DNA from: Eledone cirrhosa | Lineage: Eukaryota | DNA: 64,000 bases | Direction: 5' to 3' | Assembly: GCA_964016885.1 (NCBI GenBank) | Contig: OZ024742.1 | Coordinates: forward strand, 113,026,001-113,090,000 | Shown here: positions 1-15,315 of the stretch, piece after piece | Position numbering within the stretch: position 1 is the first letter of the stretch | Layout: each line of letters starts with the position of its first letter | Position numbers and translations under genes: made by a program | Notes under the pieces: model-generated | The model's database searches: none | Told to the model about the DNA's origin: nothing | Seen by the model: the letters and a program-made list of their open reading frames with translations, nothing else

Positions 1-51
<51 letters not shown>

Positions 52-55
<4 letters not shown>

Positions 56-2047
56 ATTGGTGCTCTGAATATATATATAAATAAATCCATATATTCCACA
101 AAAAGTTGAAATTCAGACGCTCCAATTTCGAGAGGAGCAAACCGGAGCATGGCAATACGGTCAGGTGCTAATAATAGATGTCGGACATGGTGTACGCATT
201 CACAATCTCTAACAGAACATTAAAGGATAGCTTTCTTTAGGCCTATTTCTGGGTAACAGTGGCCAATTTTCTCATTACATCGCCACTGCTCTCATCCATA
301 AAGAGGTCTGGATGAAGACAGACCCAGAGCACTTATATCGATTTGCCTCTCGAGGTTCCAGGCTGTGAATCGACCAACATTTCCGTTTGCCCTTCAAACA
401 TTTCTCATTTCTAAAGTTTTCCGACCAACGCGTTTAGAGTGGGATGCAGTGCGACCGATCCAGCTTGTGCAGTAATTGTTCGAGAATCAATGCGTAAAAC
501 ATTGATAGTACAACAGGTGACAGGGAATGCTTGACGGAGCGAGTGTGTGATCTGGAACAGTTCCGAAAAGTGGCAACTTATTTTGACCTCCACGTAGATG
601 CTGCCGTGTATTGCAGCGAACCAAGCTGAAGCGCGGTGAGAAAGCTGCTGTCAGGAGCGCGTTGCGATATCTTTTGTCGACTCCATTGATACACTTCAAT
701 CAGAGAAACATCCTCTCTATGATGTATCACCTGCTGTAGAGGTTGTCGTGCATGTACCTTGTTGGAATTGAAACATTTTGCGCCACCCCACCAGATATCT
801 TTCGACAAGTGCCAACCTCGTTAGTAGCCAAAATCTTAAACTCTGTGTATATTAGAAGTATGGGATGGAAATCATTACACACTTGGCGTAAAGTTAAATC
901 GAAAGCACTCTATTGAACGAAACTTGTTTATCTTATGCTCAGAGACTACAATGATACTGGAACCAAATTCTATGCAACTAGCCGTAGCCTCAACGCGTTC
1001 TTCAGCGTCATAATCCATGGTATGCCCAACCCTCAGCGCGGAAGGTAGTGGCAGCAGATGGATCGCCTTAACAACGGAACCTGTCCCTTCCACAATACAC
1101 GGGTAGCACTGCCGTCAGAGAAGAACAACCCTCCTTACAACTAAACATAAGGTCAGAGTGAAGAACCATACATGCGCTTCGCTATGTATTCGGTGTTATC
1201 CCTGAAACATCTCAGCGCGTCTTCCTCACCTGCTTGTGGAATTAAGCTGCCCTTTTGTTTTGTGCTGAGATGCATCTATAATGCACCATTCTGGGCTCCA
1301 CTACCTCAATAGCTTCTACCTGGACAGTTAAGTTGGCCCAGGTTTGCTCTTGCTTGATGAGCTTCCAGGCCTGGGCCAATTTGTAAATTTGTTTGAGAGG
1401 TCCATGTTAAAGCATGACCCCTTTTGGGCTGTTGCCGCAGCGAAAGTGTTCTTCTTGTTGTCGTTGGTGGTGTTGTTGTTATCACTGTCGCTATTATCAT
1501 TGTTGTATTTGGTGCCGCCGTTGTTCTCGGTGCAGTTGGTATTGTTGCTGTTGGTGTTGTCGCTATTTGTTTTCATTTTAGTGGTGTTGATATTGTTTTT
1601 GCATTTGTTGTCATTTTTCTGTTATCTGTATTTTGGTTGTCGCTGTTACTGTCATTTTTTTTCCAAATTAGAGTTCTCAGTGTTGTTATCATTGCTGTCT
1701 TGCACGTTGTTTGTGGTGGTGTTTGTTGTATGAATTTCTGTTAATGTCGCTCCTCTCAACTTTTACTTCGTTATTGCACGATAGCAGACATATCGCTGGG
1801 GGGTGGGCTGGGGTGGGGTGGGGTATTGCCTTGGCTCAGCCATGTTCCTTTTTTTTCTGGATAATTTTTTAAAATGTAAACAAATTGAAAATATTTGGGC
1901 CAAAAGGCCCAGATATTATGCTTTCTCCTTCACAGGACAAAGTCCAAGGGCTTGTATGCCTTACACAACAACAACAAATTCAATAACATTTTTGAAGGGA
2001 AATAAAAAAACTGACGAGAGCGTGCAAAAAGACGTCCGTTCAGACTC
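52..2047 (-). mobile_element. Old, internally deleted Tx1-like LINE (copy E): 5' end, ORF1 remnants and RT remnant
   Basis: Minus-strand fragments resemble the intact ORF2 at 58879 (TEFKILA, VDKRYRNALLTAA vs VDHRYLAAVLRAA, SELFQITHSLRQ vs SEPFNIMRSVRQ). ORF1-like pieces include an Asn-rich tract plus TFAAA and VLPVYCG (vs LVPSYCG). The 5' end reads GAGTCTGAACGGACGTCTTTTTG and abuts (AAT)n. Confidence 0.7.
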
Positions 2048-2076
2048 ATAATAACAATAATAATAATAATAATAAT
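2048..2076. repeat. (AAT)n tract; 3' tail of Tx1 copy A and junction with copy E
   Basis: Direct reading of the sequence. Confidence 0.95.
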
Positions 2077-5000
2077 GCTTTCTTTATTAATCACAAGGGT
2101 TTATACTAAGTTAGACATTGAAGACAATACTGGACAATACAGGATAGTACAAATGGGCATTTCTGCGGTTAAAAAAATCAAAAACAGAGGATGTATAAAA
2201 AAAGAAACAATGAAAGATTCCCCAATAGGGGGGAGACTTCCGATGGACATTCGTGAAGAAAGCCCATTAAAATATGGCCACGTTGACTCTGACCCCCAGA
2301 GTGCCCTCTCCCAGTTTTCCACCGTTAATTTACAAGTACATACTCAGAGTAGGCGCATTCAAGCCATTCTTGCCTCTCTCACCCATCGTTCAACAAAATG
2401 CTGGGAAGAGAGCAGTTCCCTCTCTACCCTGATTTTCGTTTTCAAATGAAATTTGAAAAAGTTAATCTGGGTAAAGGAAGAGGGCTGGAGCACTCCTTAC
2501 AATGAACACAGCTGATAGCCGGATCCGTCCTAGACGCGACTGCAGGTGTTCGACATTAACGCACAAGTCAGCAATGATCGGACACTGGACTAGTGCGTGC
2601 AGGACGGTTTCGTCGTCCTGCGCGCATCTCGGACATGCCCGGCAGACGGCACTTCCACGCCTGTAGAGCTTAAAACAAACTGGCAAAGCTCCTCGGTAGC
2701 ACTGCCAGGCCAGTGATTTCTGGATGTTGTCAATAGGCCGCGCCCCGAAAGTTCTTCCGGAGAGATTGGGTAGTTGATTTCCGTCGACACCTTGATTTTC
2801 CCCAAGTACGACGTCGCTCTTTCCCTCCACTAATCGTCTATAGAACGCCAAGGTGGAGTTTCCACAGATCACATTGGCCGACTGGTCGAGGGCTGTGAGC
2901 GCCTGAAGATGTTCCAGCCTCTAGCGCTCCCAATCGGTCATCGATTGACCCAGAACTGCAACTCCATCAAGGAGACGAGCCGGGGAAAGACACGTCTAGC
3001 AAACGGCGACGACACCTGATCACAGTCGAGGAAGAGGTGATGTCGTAGCTTGAGCGCGTGTCTGCGCATCATCAACCAAGTCATGCCCAGATCTCCAAGT
3101 AGCGAGTGTTGACAACAGAACAAACCACCATTTGTTGTTGACGATGATCCACGTCAAAGCCCGCTAAACTAATTCGTTAATCTGATCTCTGTAGGCCTTG
3201 CGCGCTGATAATGAGGCGTTTAGCTTCCAGTAGCCGGGTCCCTGTCTATGAAGCCTATCTAAGTCAACCTCACAGATCACGAATTTGTGTTCCGTGTAGT
3301 CGACTATTTTGAAATGTTGACAGCCTATGCTAGACCTATCTATTTCCCTACAAAAAACCCTATCTAGACATGATCTGGATGACCCGATGCGGTTGCTCCA
3401 TGTCCACATTGGCACATACGGGAAATCCAGACGGTACCTGTCAGACAGTTGAAACCCTTTGAACAGGTATGCTAGGCTTTTACAACCTCATCCCCTATCA
3501 GCTAATCCCACACAATCCAAGCCTGCATCTAAGATCCCGTTCCAGTCACCCACTAACACTAAAGAGCGGGACGTTCCAAGAAAGGTCTCCAGACGCCGGA
3601 AGAAATCAGGCCGCCCTGCTCCTGTCGGTGCATAGACGGCCACTAGGTTGAACACTTTCCCGTCTCCGCTGGTCACGTCCAGCACCACCAACTTACCATC
3701 TGGGTCCAGGAAGATGGCCCGTATGGCGAGATTCAAACCTCTCCGAAAAAGCACAGCAACTCCTCCCCCCGATGCAGGACAGCTGAGAGAAGCGTACACA
3801 TTGTAGCCGCCGAAGATCGGTGCGAAGTCTTGTACTTTAGAGATTCTGGTCTCACTGATAGCCACCGCATCTATGTTTAGTGACCTGAGGTCGTTGAGCA
3901 GGTGCCCTGCTTTCATGACGACCCCAGGCCACGCGCATTTATGCTGCCTATTCTGAGTGAGGTCATGTTGAAAAGGAGTGGAACAAGATGGGAAAGACGA
4001 CTTACCTAACTTCTCGTAGAGGAAGGGTGTTTTCTCCATCCTTTTCACTGCACGTGCCCTCCTCCGGAAGGATGTCCTTATCAATCCTCCTGGAGAGTGT
4101 TTTTCGGAAGCCTCCGATGACATTGGGGCATTTTTGTTTTAGTGTCGTGTAGGTTTTTTGTGTGGTGCGAGTGATTTGTATGTGTTGAGGTGGTGTGAAT
4201 TGTTGGGGTGTTGTGTAGTTCTTTTCTGTGATGCTGGTGTTGTGTAGGATGTAGTTTAATAATTGTTTTTTGTTCAAATTTAATGCTGTGTAGTGGGTAT
4301 CGTTTTGGTTGTTATGTTTTCTTTGCGTTTGTTGTGGGTTTGTTTCTTTTTCGCTTTTTGGTGATTTTTGTGGTGTTGGTCTTGGTGGTGTTTTGTTTAA
4401 TGATGGTGATTGTGTTTGTGTTTGGAGTGACGGGGCTTGTGATGCTGGTGTGGGTGGTGGCATAACTGTCTTAACTTTTTTATTTCTTTACTTAATTGTT
4501 TCCCCCTGCATTTTGTTGTTCGAGGGAGAAAGAAGAAGATTTTTTTCTTTTGGGGATTTTTGTTGTTGTTCTTTTTTTCTGATACAGTATCCCACTCCTC
4601 CTCATCGTCACAATCTATCTCCAGTTGTGATAGGTCAGGTAGTGGAAAATCCTCCACAGGCGTTGGTTTTGGTTGTGGCGTGATGAATTATGGAGGCGCA
4701 GGTGCTAATTCTGGCGCGTGGGTGGTGGGGGTGTTATTTTGCGACAGTTTCTAGGGTTGTTGCTGCTACAGTTACTTCTGTTGTTGCTGCTACAGTTGTT
4801 GCTGCCATTTCTGCTGCTGGTGGTTTTGATGGTTGAGTCACTGGGATGGGTAGGAGAGGTGGCCTCAACCTTTTAGCCTGAGGGTAGAAAGCCTTTAGGT
4901 GGGTTCCTTCGCCACAAAAGACCTTGTACCCTCATCGATTACGGTGAGGTGGCTGCCTCATTGAGGTCTATCACCTCTGGAATTTCCTCAATGTTTTTAT

Positions 5001-6136
5001 GGTCCGCTTGGATCAGGAGCTCCATCCCAGATCCGGACCAGTCTCCCGCATTTCTTTTGTTACCTCAATTCTTTTCGGGTTCGCCTCTATATCGGCCAGG
5101 ACGGTAGCCATTAGCCAGGGAATTTCGATGGCCGGCGGAACGTGGGTCACACTTATCTTCACGAGTCACTGAACATAATGGCTTGGGACGAGTGTGAATT
5201 CGTCACTTCTTAATGGCTTCCTGTGGTGTTCTAAAGAACACGTCTACGGTTCCATATTTCTGCCCACGTCTGATGTGGGTTTTTTTCACCCACACATGTC
5301 CCAAAGCTATTTGTATCTGGGACTCGTATAGCGGTTCCACTCGGCGTGATTTAGTGTTTATCGTCCGGTATGACACGTTGTATAGGCGCCGATGCTACAT
5401 TTTATTAGATGCTGGTGGGGGATGAGCCGACCCTGTACCCATCTTTTTTTACCATTAGCTTGGGTTCGTTTAATTCATCCTGGCTTAACTCGATTATTTC
5501 GCTTTTCTTTGTTGTTTGGCAAACGACACATTTTGTTTTGCGCTGGTGTTGATGTTGTTGTTGTTATTATCATTGTTGTTGTTGCTGTTGTTGTTATTGT
5601 TATTTTTGTTATTGTTATTTTTAATTTCAGTTGTGGTGGAGCTGGTGGTCATGTCAGGGGTGCTCGGCGTGGAAGTGTCGATTCTGGGTGAATCCATTTC
5701 GATGTCACGAGAAAATAATTTTAATTTTTTTTAATTTCTGTTCTCGCTGTGGTGGTGGTGGTGTTGGCGGCTTTAACACCTGCAGTTATTGGTAATGGCG
5801 GGAAATGAATGTCTACATGTAACACATTTAATTATTGCCACTGCTTATATTTTTAGTGTTGGCAAGCGTAGTAATATCCACAATGGTGATGGTTGGAGAT
5901 GTTGGTCTGTTAGGAAGGCTGTCAGCTTTGTGTGGCTGAGAACCGTCCATACTTTTTTCAAAGAAATTTTTTTTTATTAATTATAAAAGTTAAAATTTTC
6001 GGCTCTAGGCCTGATTCATTTTCAGTGTCCTTTTCAGAAAGCAATACATCTGAACTTAAAAAAACTTAACATCAAAAACATTCCATAACTGGCAACTTGA
6101 AAGAACTGAAAACAACAAACATTTGCGGAGCTCACC
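2077..6136 (-). mobile_element. Tx1-like LINE copy A (ORF1 subfamily 2); disrupted, RT domain deleted
   Basis: The 3' UTR and AATAAA match copies B and C. APE endonuclease motifs are present (ISETR, VAVYAP, VGDWN), as is the C-terminal CPRC...HALVQC. The sequence jumps from NNKWWF straight to CCQH near 3120, a loss of about 1.7 kb relative to copy C. The 5' end GTGAGCTCCGCAAA matches copy D. Confidence 0.93.
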
Positions 6137-6159
6137 AATAATAATATTAATAATAATAA

Positions 6160-8784
6160 AAATTAGCAAACAAAAAAATGTCTACAGAAAAATTGGTAAG
6201 TCAACAATAACTGCTAAATCAATACCACCCAAGGAGGAAGTGCATGAATTCTGGGAAAAGATCTGGGCCGAAGAAAAAGTTCATAACATACATGCCCCAT
6301 GGATAGACAGACAAATGAAAGAAACAGCTCACCTTGAAGAAGAAACATGGGAAAATATAACAGTTGAACAGTTGCGCTTGGCTCTAAGAAAAACCAGCAA
6401 ATGGAAAACCCCAGGAAAAGACAAAATACAACATTTTTGGATAAATGCCTTCACAGAGTCTCATGAGCTCTTAGCCCAACTTTACAATGAAATAGTTAAG
6501 GAGCCAGAAAAGATACCATCATGGCTAGTTAACGGCATTACATTCCTGCTACCGAAGAATGATGAGACAAACAATCCCAAAAATTACAGACCGATAACCT
6601 GCTTGACCACAATGTATAAAATGTTAACATCAGTCCTAACTGAATACACATATGACCACCTGATAACAAATGACCTATTTCCCATTGAGCAGAAAGAGTG
6701 TAAACGAGGCTCATATGGCTGTAAGGATCAGCTTCTGGTTAACAAAATGATACTGGAAGATTGTCATAATAGACACAAAAATCTATCGATTGCTTGGATA
6801 GATTATAAAAAAGCATTCGATAGTTTGCCACACAGATGGAAAAATGTTTAGAGATTTTCAAAATAGCCCCCGTTGTCAGGAGGTTTTTGTCATTCGGTAT
6901 GAAGACATGCAGAACGACACTCCTTTTGAATAGTGAAACAAAATCACTGGAAGCTGGAGAAGTTGATATTAATTGTGGGATTTTTCAGGGTGACTCTTTA
7001 TCACCACTTTTATTCTGCATCGCACTTATACCATTAAGTAAAATGCTCAATGAAACAAGACATGGATATAGAGTCTATGACAAAACCATTAATCACCTGT
7101 TCTACATGGATGACCTGAAACTATTTGCAAAAAATGATGAACAATTGCAAGGGCTATTATCCACTGTGAAGCAGTTCAGTGATGACATTAAAATGGAGTT
7201 TGGACTGGATAAATGCGCCAAAGCGACGTTCACCAGAGGAAAGCTGCTGAAGAGTTCAGACATTAATCTTGATCGGGGGACCGTGATAAGAGAGCTTGAT
7301 CAAGAAAAAACTTACAAATATCTAGGTGTTTGTAAAGGAGACGGAATCAAGCACTCGACAATGAGGGAAAGGATAAGGAAGGAATGTTACCGCAGAGTCA
7401 GAGCAATCTTAAGAACGGAATTGAATGCAAGGAATAGGATCGATGCCATAAACACACTTGCCATACCAGTAGTAACCTACAGTTACAATGTCATCAACTG
7501 GTCAAACACAGAGATCCGTAGGCTCGATACAACAATCCGAAAATTCTTAACCATGCACAGAATGCATCACCCTAAGGCAGACATATATCTCCCTAGGAAA
7601 GAAGGAGGACGTGGGTTAATCCAGTTAGACATTGCGTTGAAAACTGCAACAATTGGATTATCCACATATCTAAGGGAATCACATGATTGGATGATCAAAC
7701 TCGTTTTGAAACACGAAATCACCAAAAGATCATATTCCATTACAAAAGATGCACAAAGATACAGTAATGGACTACACATTTCAGAAGTCCCATTTACTGC
7801 TGAAATGGAAAACACAGAAAAAGCAAAGCAGGTAAAAGTAACTGCAAAGAAAGAACTGCTACAGAAACTGGCTAAGAAATGGCAAGAAAAGCCTCTGTAT
7901 GGAAAATACCCAGAGCGAGCTAACAATCCTGATGTTGACAAAACTTTAATCCATCAGTGGTTGGCATCCTCTGGACTGAAATCGGAGACTGAAGGACTGA
8001 TTATATCGGCACAAGATCAGTGTCTGCCAACAAAAAATTACCAAGCCAACATAATAAAAAATGGATGCAGCCCATTATGCCGTGTATGCAAAAAACAACC
8101 AGAGACCATTGGCCATATAATTTCAATGTGCAGTCCTATAGCTCCAACCGAATACCTAAACAGGCATCACAGAGCTTCACAATACATACATTGAATAATG
8201 TGTAAGCATTTTGACCTGCCCCATCAAAAGAATTGGTGGGAGCATCAACCACCTCCCATACTTGAACAAGATCACATCTCAATGTTGTGGAACTTTAGCA
8301 TCCAAACAGACCGAAAAATAGATGCAAATAGACCTGATATAATATTGAAGGACTTTCAAAGGAGGGTATGCCTGCTAATTGATATGTCTGTTCCAATAGA
8401 CAAGAATGTATCTATAAAAACATTTGAAAAATTGAGCAAGTATAAGGACATGGAGATAGAAATTGGAAAAATGTGGAAATTGAGAACTAAAACAATACCA
8501 GTGGTTGTAGGCGCTCTGGGAATGATACCTAAGGGGTCTAACGACTACTTATCGCAAATCCCAGGAAACCCGCGTATAGGAGAAATACAAAAGATATTAC
8601 TAATGGGAACTGCCCATATACTAAGGAAGATCCTGTCAATATAAGTACATCACAAGTCTAAACACTAAGGATGCATGTGTGAATATGTATGTTCTTTCTT
8701 AAACATGGCGGACCTTGTTGTCTCTTGAGGTCACTGGTTGTGACTTGGTGATAACTCGTATGAACATAAAGCAAGATAAATGTA
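6160..8784 (+). mobile_element. R4/Dong-like RLE non-LTR retrotransposon, 5'-truncated
   Basis: RT motifs NYRPITCL, WIDYKKAFDSLPH, GIFQGDSLSPLLF and YMDD; CCHC CRVC...HIISMC; RLE motifs RPDIIL, IDMSVP and KLSKY. There is one frameshift near 6840 and one in-frame TGA at 8192. (AAT)n lies on both sides. Confidence 0.92.
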
Positions 8785-8837
<53 letters not shown>

Positions 8838-8838
8838 T
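8785..8838. repeat. (AAT)n tail of the Dong-like element
   Basis: Direct reading of the sequence. Confidence 0.95.
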
Positions 8839-9895
8839 ATGGGTGTTCTGGAGGCTGATGACACAAAGAATAACAAAATGAAGGAATTGATAAGATCTGA
8901 ATACATTCGGAGAGTAGGGAGCGTATTAAAGTCACATCTGAACAGTAGTAATGCCATGAGTGCAGTAAATTCCCGAGCTGTGTCTATTATTAGTTACAGT
9001 GCGGGAATTCTGAGATAGAAATTTGCTTATCTAAAAGAAATGGATAGGAAGACTGGGATGCTATTGACTATCTACCACATGTTACACAAAAGGAGTGATG
9101 TCGATAGACTCTACTTAAGGAGATCTGAGGGTGGAAGCATAGGGGACTGTGTCCAGATGGAGAAAAACAAACTACACAAATACGTGACTGATAGGAAGGA
9201 GCCAATGCTCAGAATTGGACTGAAGGAGAGGACAATAGACCAGGGGATGTCTAAGGAGGAAATAACAACAAGGAGAAAGAGCAGCCTTCATGAAGAATCC
9301 CTACATATTAGCTTCTTTGAGAAAACTAAATTCAGAGATCCACAGACATGGAACTGGTTGAAAGGAGGAGACCTTAAAAAAGCTACAGAACGAATGCTAA
9401 TGGCTGCGCAAGAGCAGGCCCTCAAAAGGAGGTGGTTGAAATACAATATTTACAAGGAGGAGGCTAGCCCACTGTCCGATTGTCTGTGGAGAGAGAGAGG
9501 AGACTGTGACTCACATTGTATCCTTGCGTATACACCTAGCCCAGGCTCACTATAAAGGCTGGAGACATGATGTGATGGCCAGGGTGATCGACTGGCACCT
9601 ATGCAATGTAAACAATTTTCCACATTCTGAGGAACGATATGAGCATACTCCAGAGCCGGTGATAGAAAACGATCAGGCGTAGGTGCTGTGGGATTTTAGG
9701 ATACAGACGGACAAGAAACTGGAACACAATAGATCTAAACCTGGTGGTTTTGAACAAGGAAAAAAGATCTTGCCTGATTGTGGATGTGGCCTGCCCATTC
9801 GACACGAGAGTGCAAGAGAAGGAGAGGGAGAAAATTAACCGATACCAGGACTTAAAGTGGGAGGTAACAAGGATTTGGAACTGCCATGAACTTAG
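8839..9895 (+). mobile_element. Second R4/Dong-like fragment (different subfamily), degenerate
   Basis: DVDRLYLRRSEGG, MAAQEQAL, IVDVACPFD and KINRYQDLKWE. Closely similar to the minus-strand copy at 48051-50682. Confidence 0.88.
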
Positions 9896-12800
9896 AGTCG
9901 ACCCCAGCCTTGCCAGAACCGATACCAACACCAGCACCATAGCAGATACAACGACAGAAACAATAACAACCCAAATGCCACGAAGGGTTATTTAGTCTTG
10001 TTTGATGATCTCCTAGTGGTAGTGCACACAATAATGTCACTCACATTTGCACAACCTTGTAGACACAAATCTCATTCAAATAAAAATAAATATGAATTCC
10101 AAACTCCATGGCTTTGGCGCTCTTAATGGAGGTATTATGAAAGTATCTGCTAGTGAAGCTGAAGGGGAAACCAAGTGTAATGAGAGCGGAGGAGTTATCA
10201 CTCTTGACAGAAGCTTCATGCTTCCACTGGTCTTCATTATGCAGCTCTAATATAGAATAACCCATAGATTTATAGCCACAGATAAGCACAGCGACGCATT
10301 GAAACAGAAGGCAGAAGGAAATGGAACGATGAAGATGATAAATTCGCCTGTCAAGAGAGAAGCACGCGTTGTACATGAACATATGCTTTATCATTGGAAA
10401 AGGTTTTGAATCAGTGTGAACGATCTGATCGGACAAATGATTAACATTAGATGGAGTAACTGGCTCACGAATGTTGAATGAGAAGCCGTAAAAGTTGAAG
10501 TTAAAGAATGAATGTTAATGGTGAAGGTAAAGGGTATGATGCGAATGTGAAAAGTCGAAAACATCATGAAAATGAATTAATTGAGAAATAATTAGCCTAC
10601 CAGCATGCTGACAAATGATGCACTAACACATGTGGAACGAGTGGAAATCAAGTTAATGGTGATGGGGTTATTAAAAATGTGAATATAAATAAAAATAAAA
10701 AAAAGTAATAAAAAAGATTATCAAAATATTGAGAAATATGTTTAAAAATCCTGGATTCAACAAGTCAACACAAAATCATTGGAATAAAGATAGAAGTCGT
10801 TTAGTAACTAACCCAGGCAATGTAAACGTTGCAATGACGTGCATAAGAACCAACGGTTTCCCAACTTAGCAAAGATAATTAGTGCTGCAGAGTTTCTAAT
10901 GTTAGAGCTATTAGGTATTATGCAAACTGAAAGGAAAACATATAAGGATACGTAATGGAAGATGAGATTGGAAGGTAATATTATTCAGCTCACAAACGAT
11001 TTATATAAAATGGAATCATCGCAAAGAGAAAAACAGAAGAAGACCAAAGAAAGGAGAAATGATGCATAGACATGAGTTATGAAATAAAGTTGAAAGGTTT
11101 GAATGTTGTAATTGAAGAAGTCAAGCAGTGTATTAATCTTAATTCAGGTTAAACTCTATACCTATAAAAAAAAAACAATTTGAAGATATCAGATTGTTTT
11201 CTACAACTAAGAAATGTTCTTTACAACACTGTCGGGATAACATGTTGCACAATTTGCCACCATGACTACGTAGAGAAGAAATAATATGTACAGTAGTAAC
11301 GTTAGTTACCTGATGAAGAGTCGATCGTTGACTCCGAAACGTTTTGAACAAAGAATTAACCTGTTTGTCACTACTAGCGTAAAGTATTAGGGCATCTATA
11401 AAAATCAACTAAGAGATCACCGGGTCATTGTTTCTCTCAATGCATATGTAAGTGGACGCAATAACAATCAGGAAGTGAGAAAACACGTTCCCCGAAAAGA
11501 TCCCACGTTAATTGTTAATTGAATCAAGAAGTTTGTAATTAGCCGAAGATATTGTTACCACTTGTTCATGCTATTAACGTAACTATATTTTCCGGCAATC
11601 TCCCCATCTTAATAGATGCTATGTTCCCAGGATTCAGGATGATATCAAGAGCTATAATTATCACTATTATTGTCGTGGGTTTTGTTGGTCTTATTGTTCT
11701 TGCTGTTGTTATTATTAATGTATAGATTAAATTGATGAGTGACATGAATGATAACAGAAGGAGAAATTGATAAATTATTTCTACAGGAAAGACATTAAAC
11801 TTCATACTAAATTGATATCATAATCCAATTACTAGAAATTTAACAATTCATTTAAATATTTTAACTATGCAAATTATAAAAGTTCTCAGCTTAATTAATG
11901 TCAAGTGGATTGATGGGGAAAATAAATAAAGAAGTAGACGTTAGAACCTAGAAATGTATGAATTCAAAGCACACAAAACAGGTACGCATAATAAAATGAA
12001 TAGTAAAATTACACACATAATTGTAGCAAAACTAAAACCATAGAAGTCCGAATCTGTTTAGTATCATTACCAAATATTATACTGAGATAATCATGTATAT
12101 GAAAGTTAACAGCAAAAAGACAGTGATTGGCCACTAGAGAATAGGAGGTTTAGAAGACAAAAGGAAAAAACATATAAATATGAAATAAACACTCATACTA
12201 GATAAAGAGAAAGCGGATATCCAGCATGTATTTAACAAAGAATGAAAAGCTAACGTTTGCATAATGTAGCTCTTAATATAAATAAGATAAAGCAAGCCAA
12301 AATGTAAGCCTAAAATATTTTAATAAGAGCTGTCTAAAAGATAAAATAGAACCGTCGAATTTAGAAGTACTGTATCATTAAGGAGTGACGAAGAATTGCC
12401 TATATACAAATCTGTTATTACCATATATTTAATATGAGATACTAACAATGGTTTTCAAATAATCTTTCAGATAATTCTTATTTTGTAGAATTTTATAAAT
12501 TTATGGGTTACTTTTATACATGACATTATGGAAAATTATAATAAAATGTTGTAAATGAATTTAAATAATACTTTAGAAATTTGTATAGTAGAACCAGAAC
12601 CGAGTTTGGGGTTTGTGCTCATATTAGGCAATCAACATAATATAATTAACAAGCTCATTTCCTGCAGCGCTTTCCTTGCTGAGTTCATGCATATTGACAA
12701 TCAAAATACCTACTGACCAGAACGCGAATATTTCAATTTGAAAATACACAGGAACTGCTAAAGCACTGCATTAAATACGCTACATGTCAAACAATTCGTA

Positions 12801-13448
12801 AGCATAACGTGGCACCTGACTCTTCAAAATAAGGTGTAGGCCCAGTTAAACAGACATAATCTAATTATAATTTACAGGAATGAAAATACAAATACTGCGC
12901 TTAACATTACGATAATGACGGATTGAACTAGGTGTAACATCCTAGTAAATACAACTGTTTTACTATTCAAATAATTATGATTAGGTAAATTGCATATGAA
13001 CAAAGAGACGAAGGTTGCCAGAACGCACATTTAGATCAAAATATAACCCTATTTAAAAAATGTATTGATCTTGAAAATGTATTTAGACGCCATATTTCCA
13101 AAAACAATATATATATTATTCAATCAAATCCTAATTCTATAACAGAATTCAAGTACCATATATTCTACGGATTAACCACGATAGATAATCTGAACAATGT
13201 TCCCATCATAAATTCACACAATAGATAATCTGAACAATTGTCCCGTCATAAAAAATCACACAGGTTTAAGTAAGATATAACCTTCAAATGTCCACTGTTT
13301 AATGTTGGCATTATCATTATAACATACTTCATGCTATTATATTTATCATGAAAGTTTCCATACTAAAGACCAGGGAAATTATGAAAGAGGATAAGCAACT
13401 ACTATTTGCCGCAGTTATCGTTACAATGATTGAGTAAATCCTCATAGT

Positions 13449-13509
<61 letters not shown>

Positions 13510-13790
13510 ATAATATGATGCAGTGCATACGTTATATATAAATCTGTTGAAATGTGAAACATATTATGCTATCAATATCACGATTGACTTCTCAGGATTG
13601 GTACATTATTTAAATATCGATGGCATTTTGTTAAGAACCAAAAATATTATAATCGTACATACGTACCTCAGGTGTGTTCATTTGTGCTGCATATATATAT
13701 ATTCAATAAGGGTTTAAATCGATACCCAGTGATTTCGAACTCGTTGAATATATGTGCTCACTAATATGAAACACTCGGCAATATATATAT

Positions 13791-15315
<1,525 letters not shown>

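Noticed and set aside
10850-10990. Possible hAT transposase C-terminal remnant (RFPNLAKII)
   Set aside because: Too short and degenerate, with no TIRs.
11305-11345. CTGATGA-stem-GAAAC hammerhead-like core (similar cases near 22178, 27194 and 31345)
   Set aside because: No convincing stem I or cleavage triplet; at best decayed remnants.
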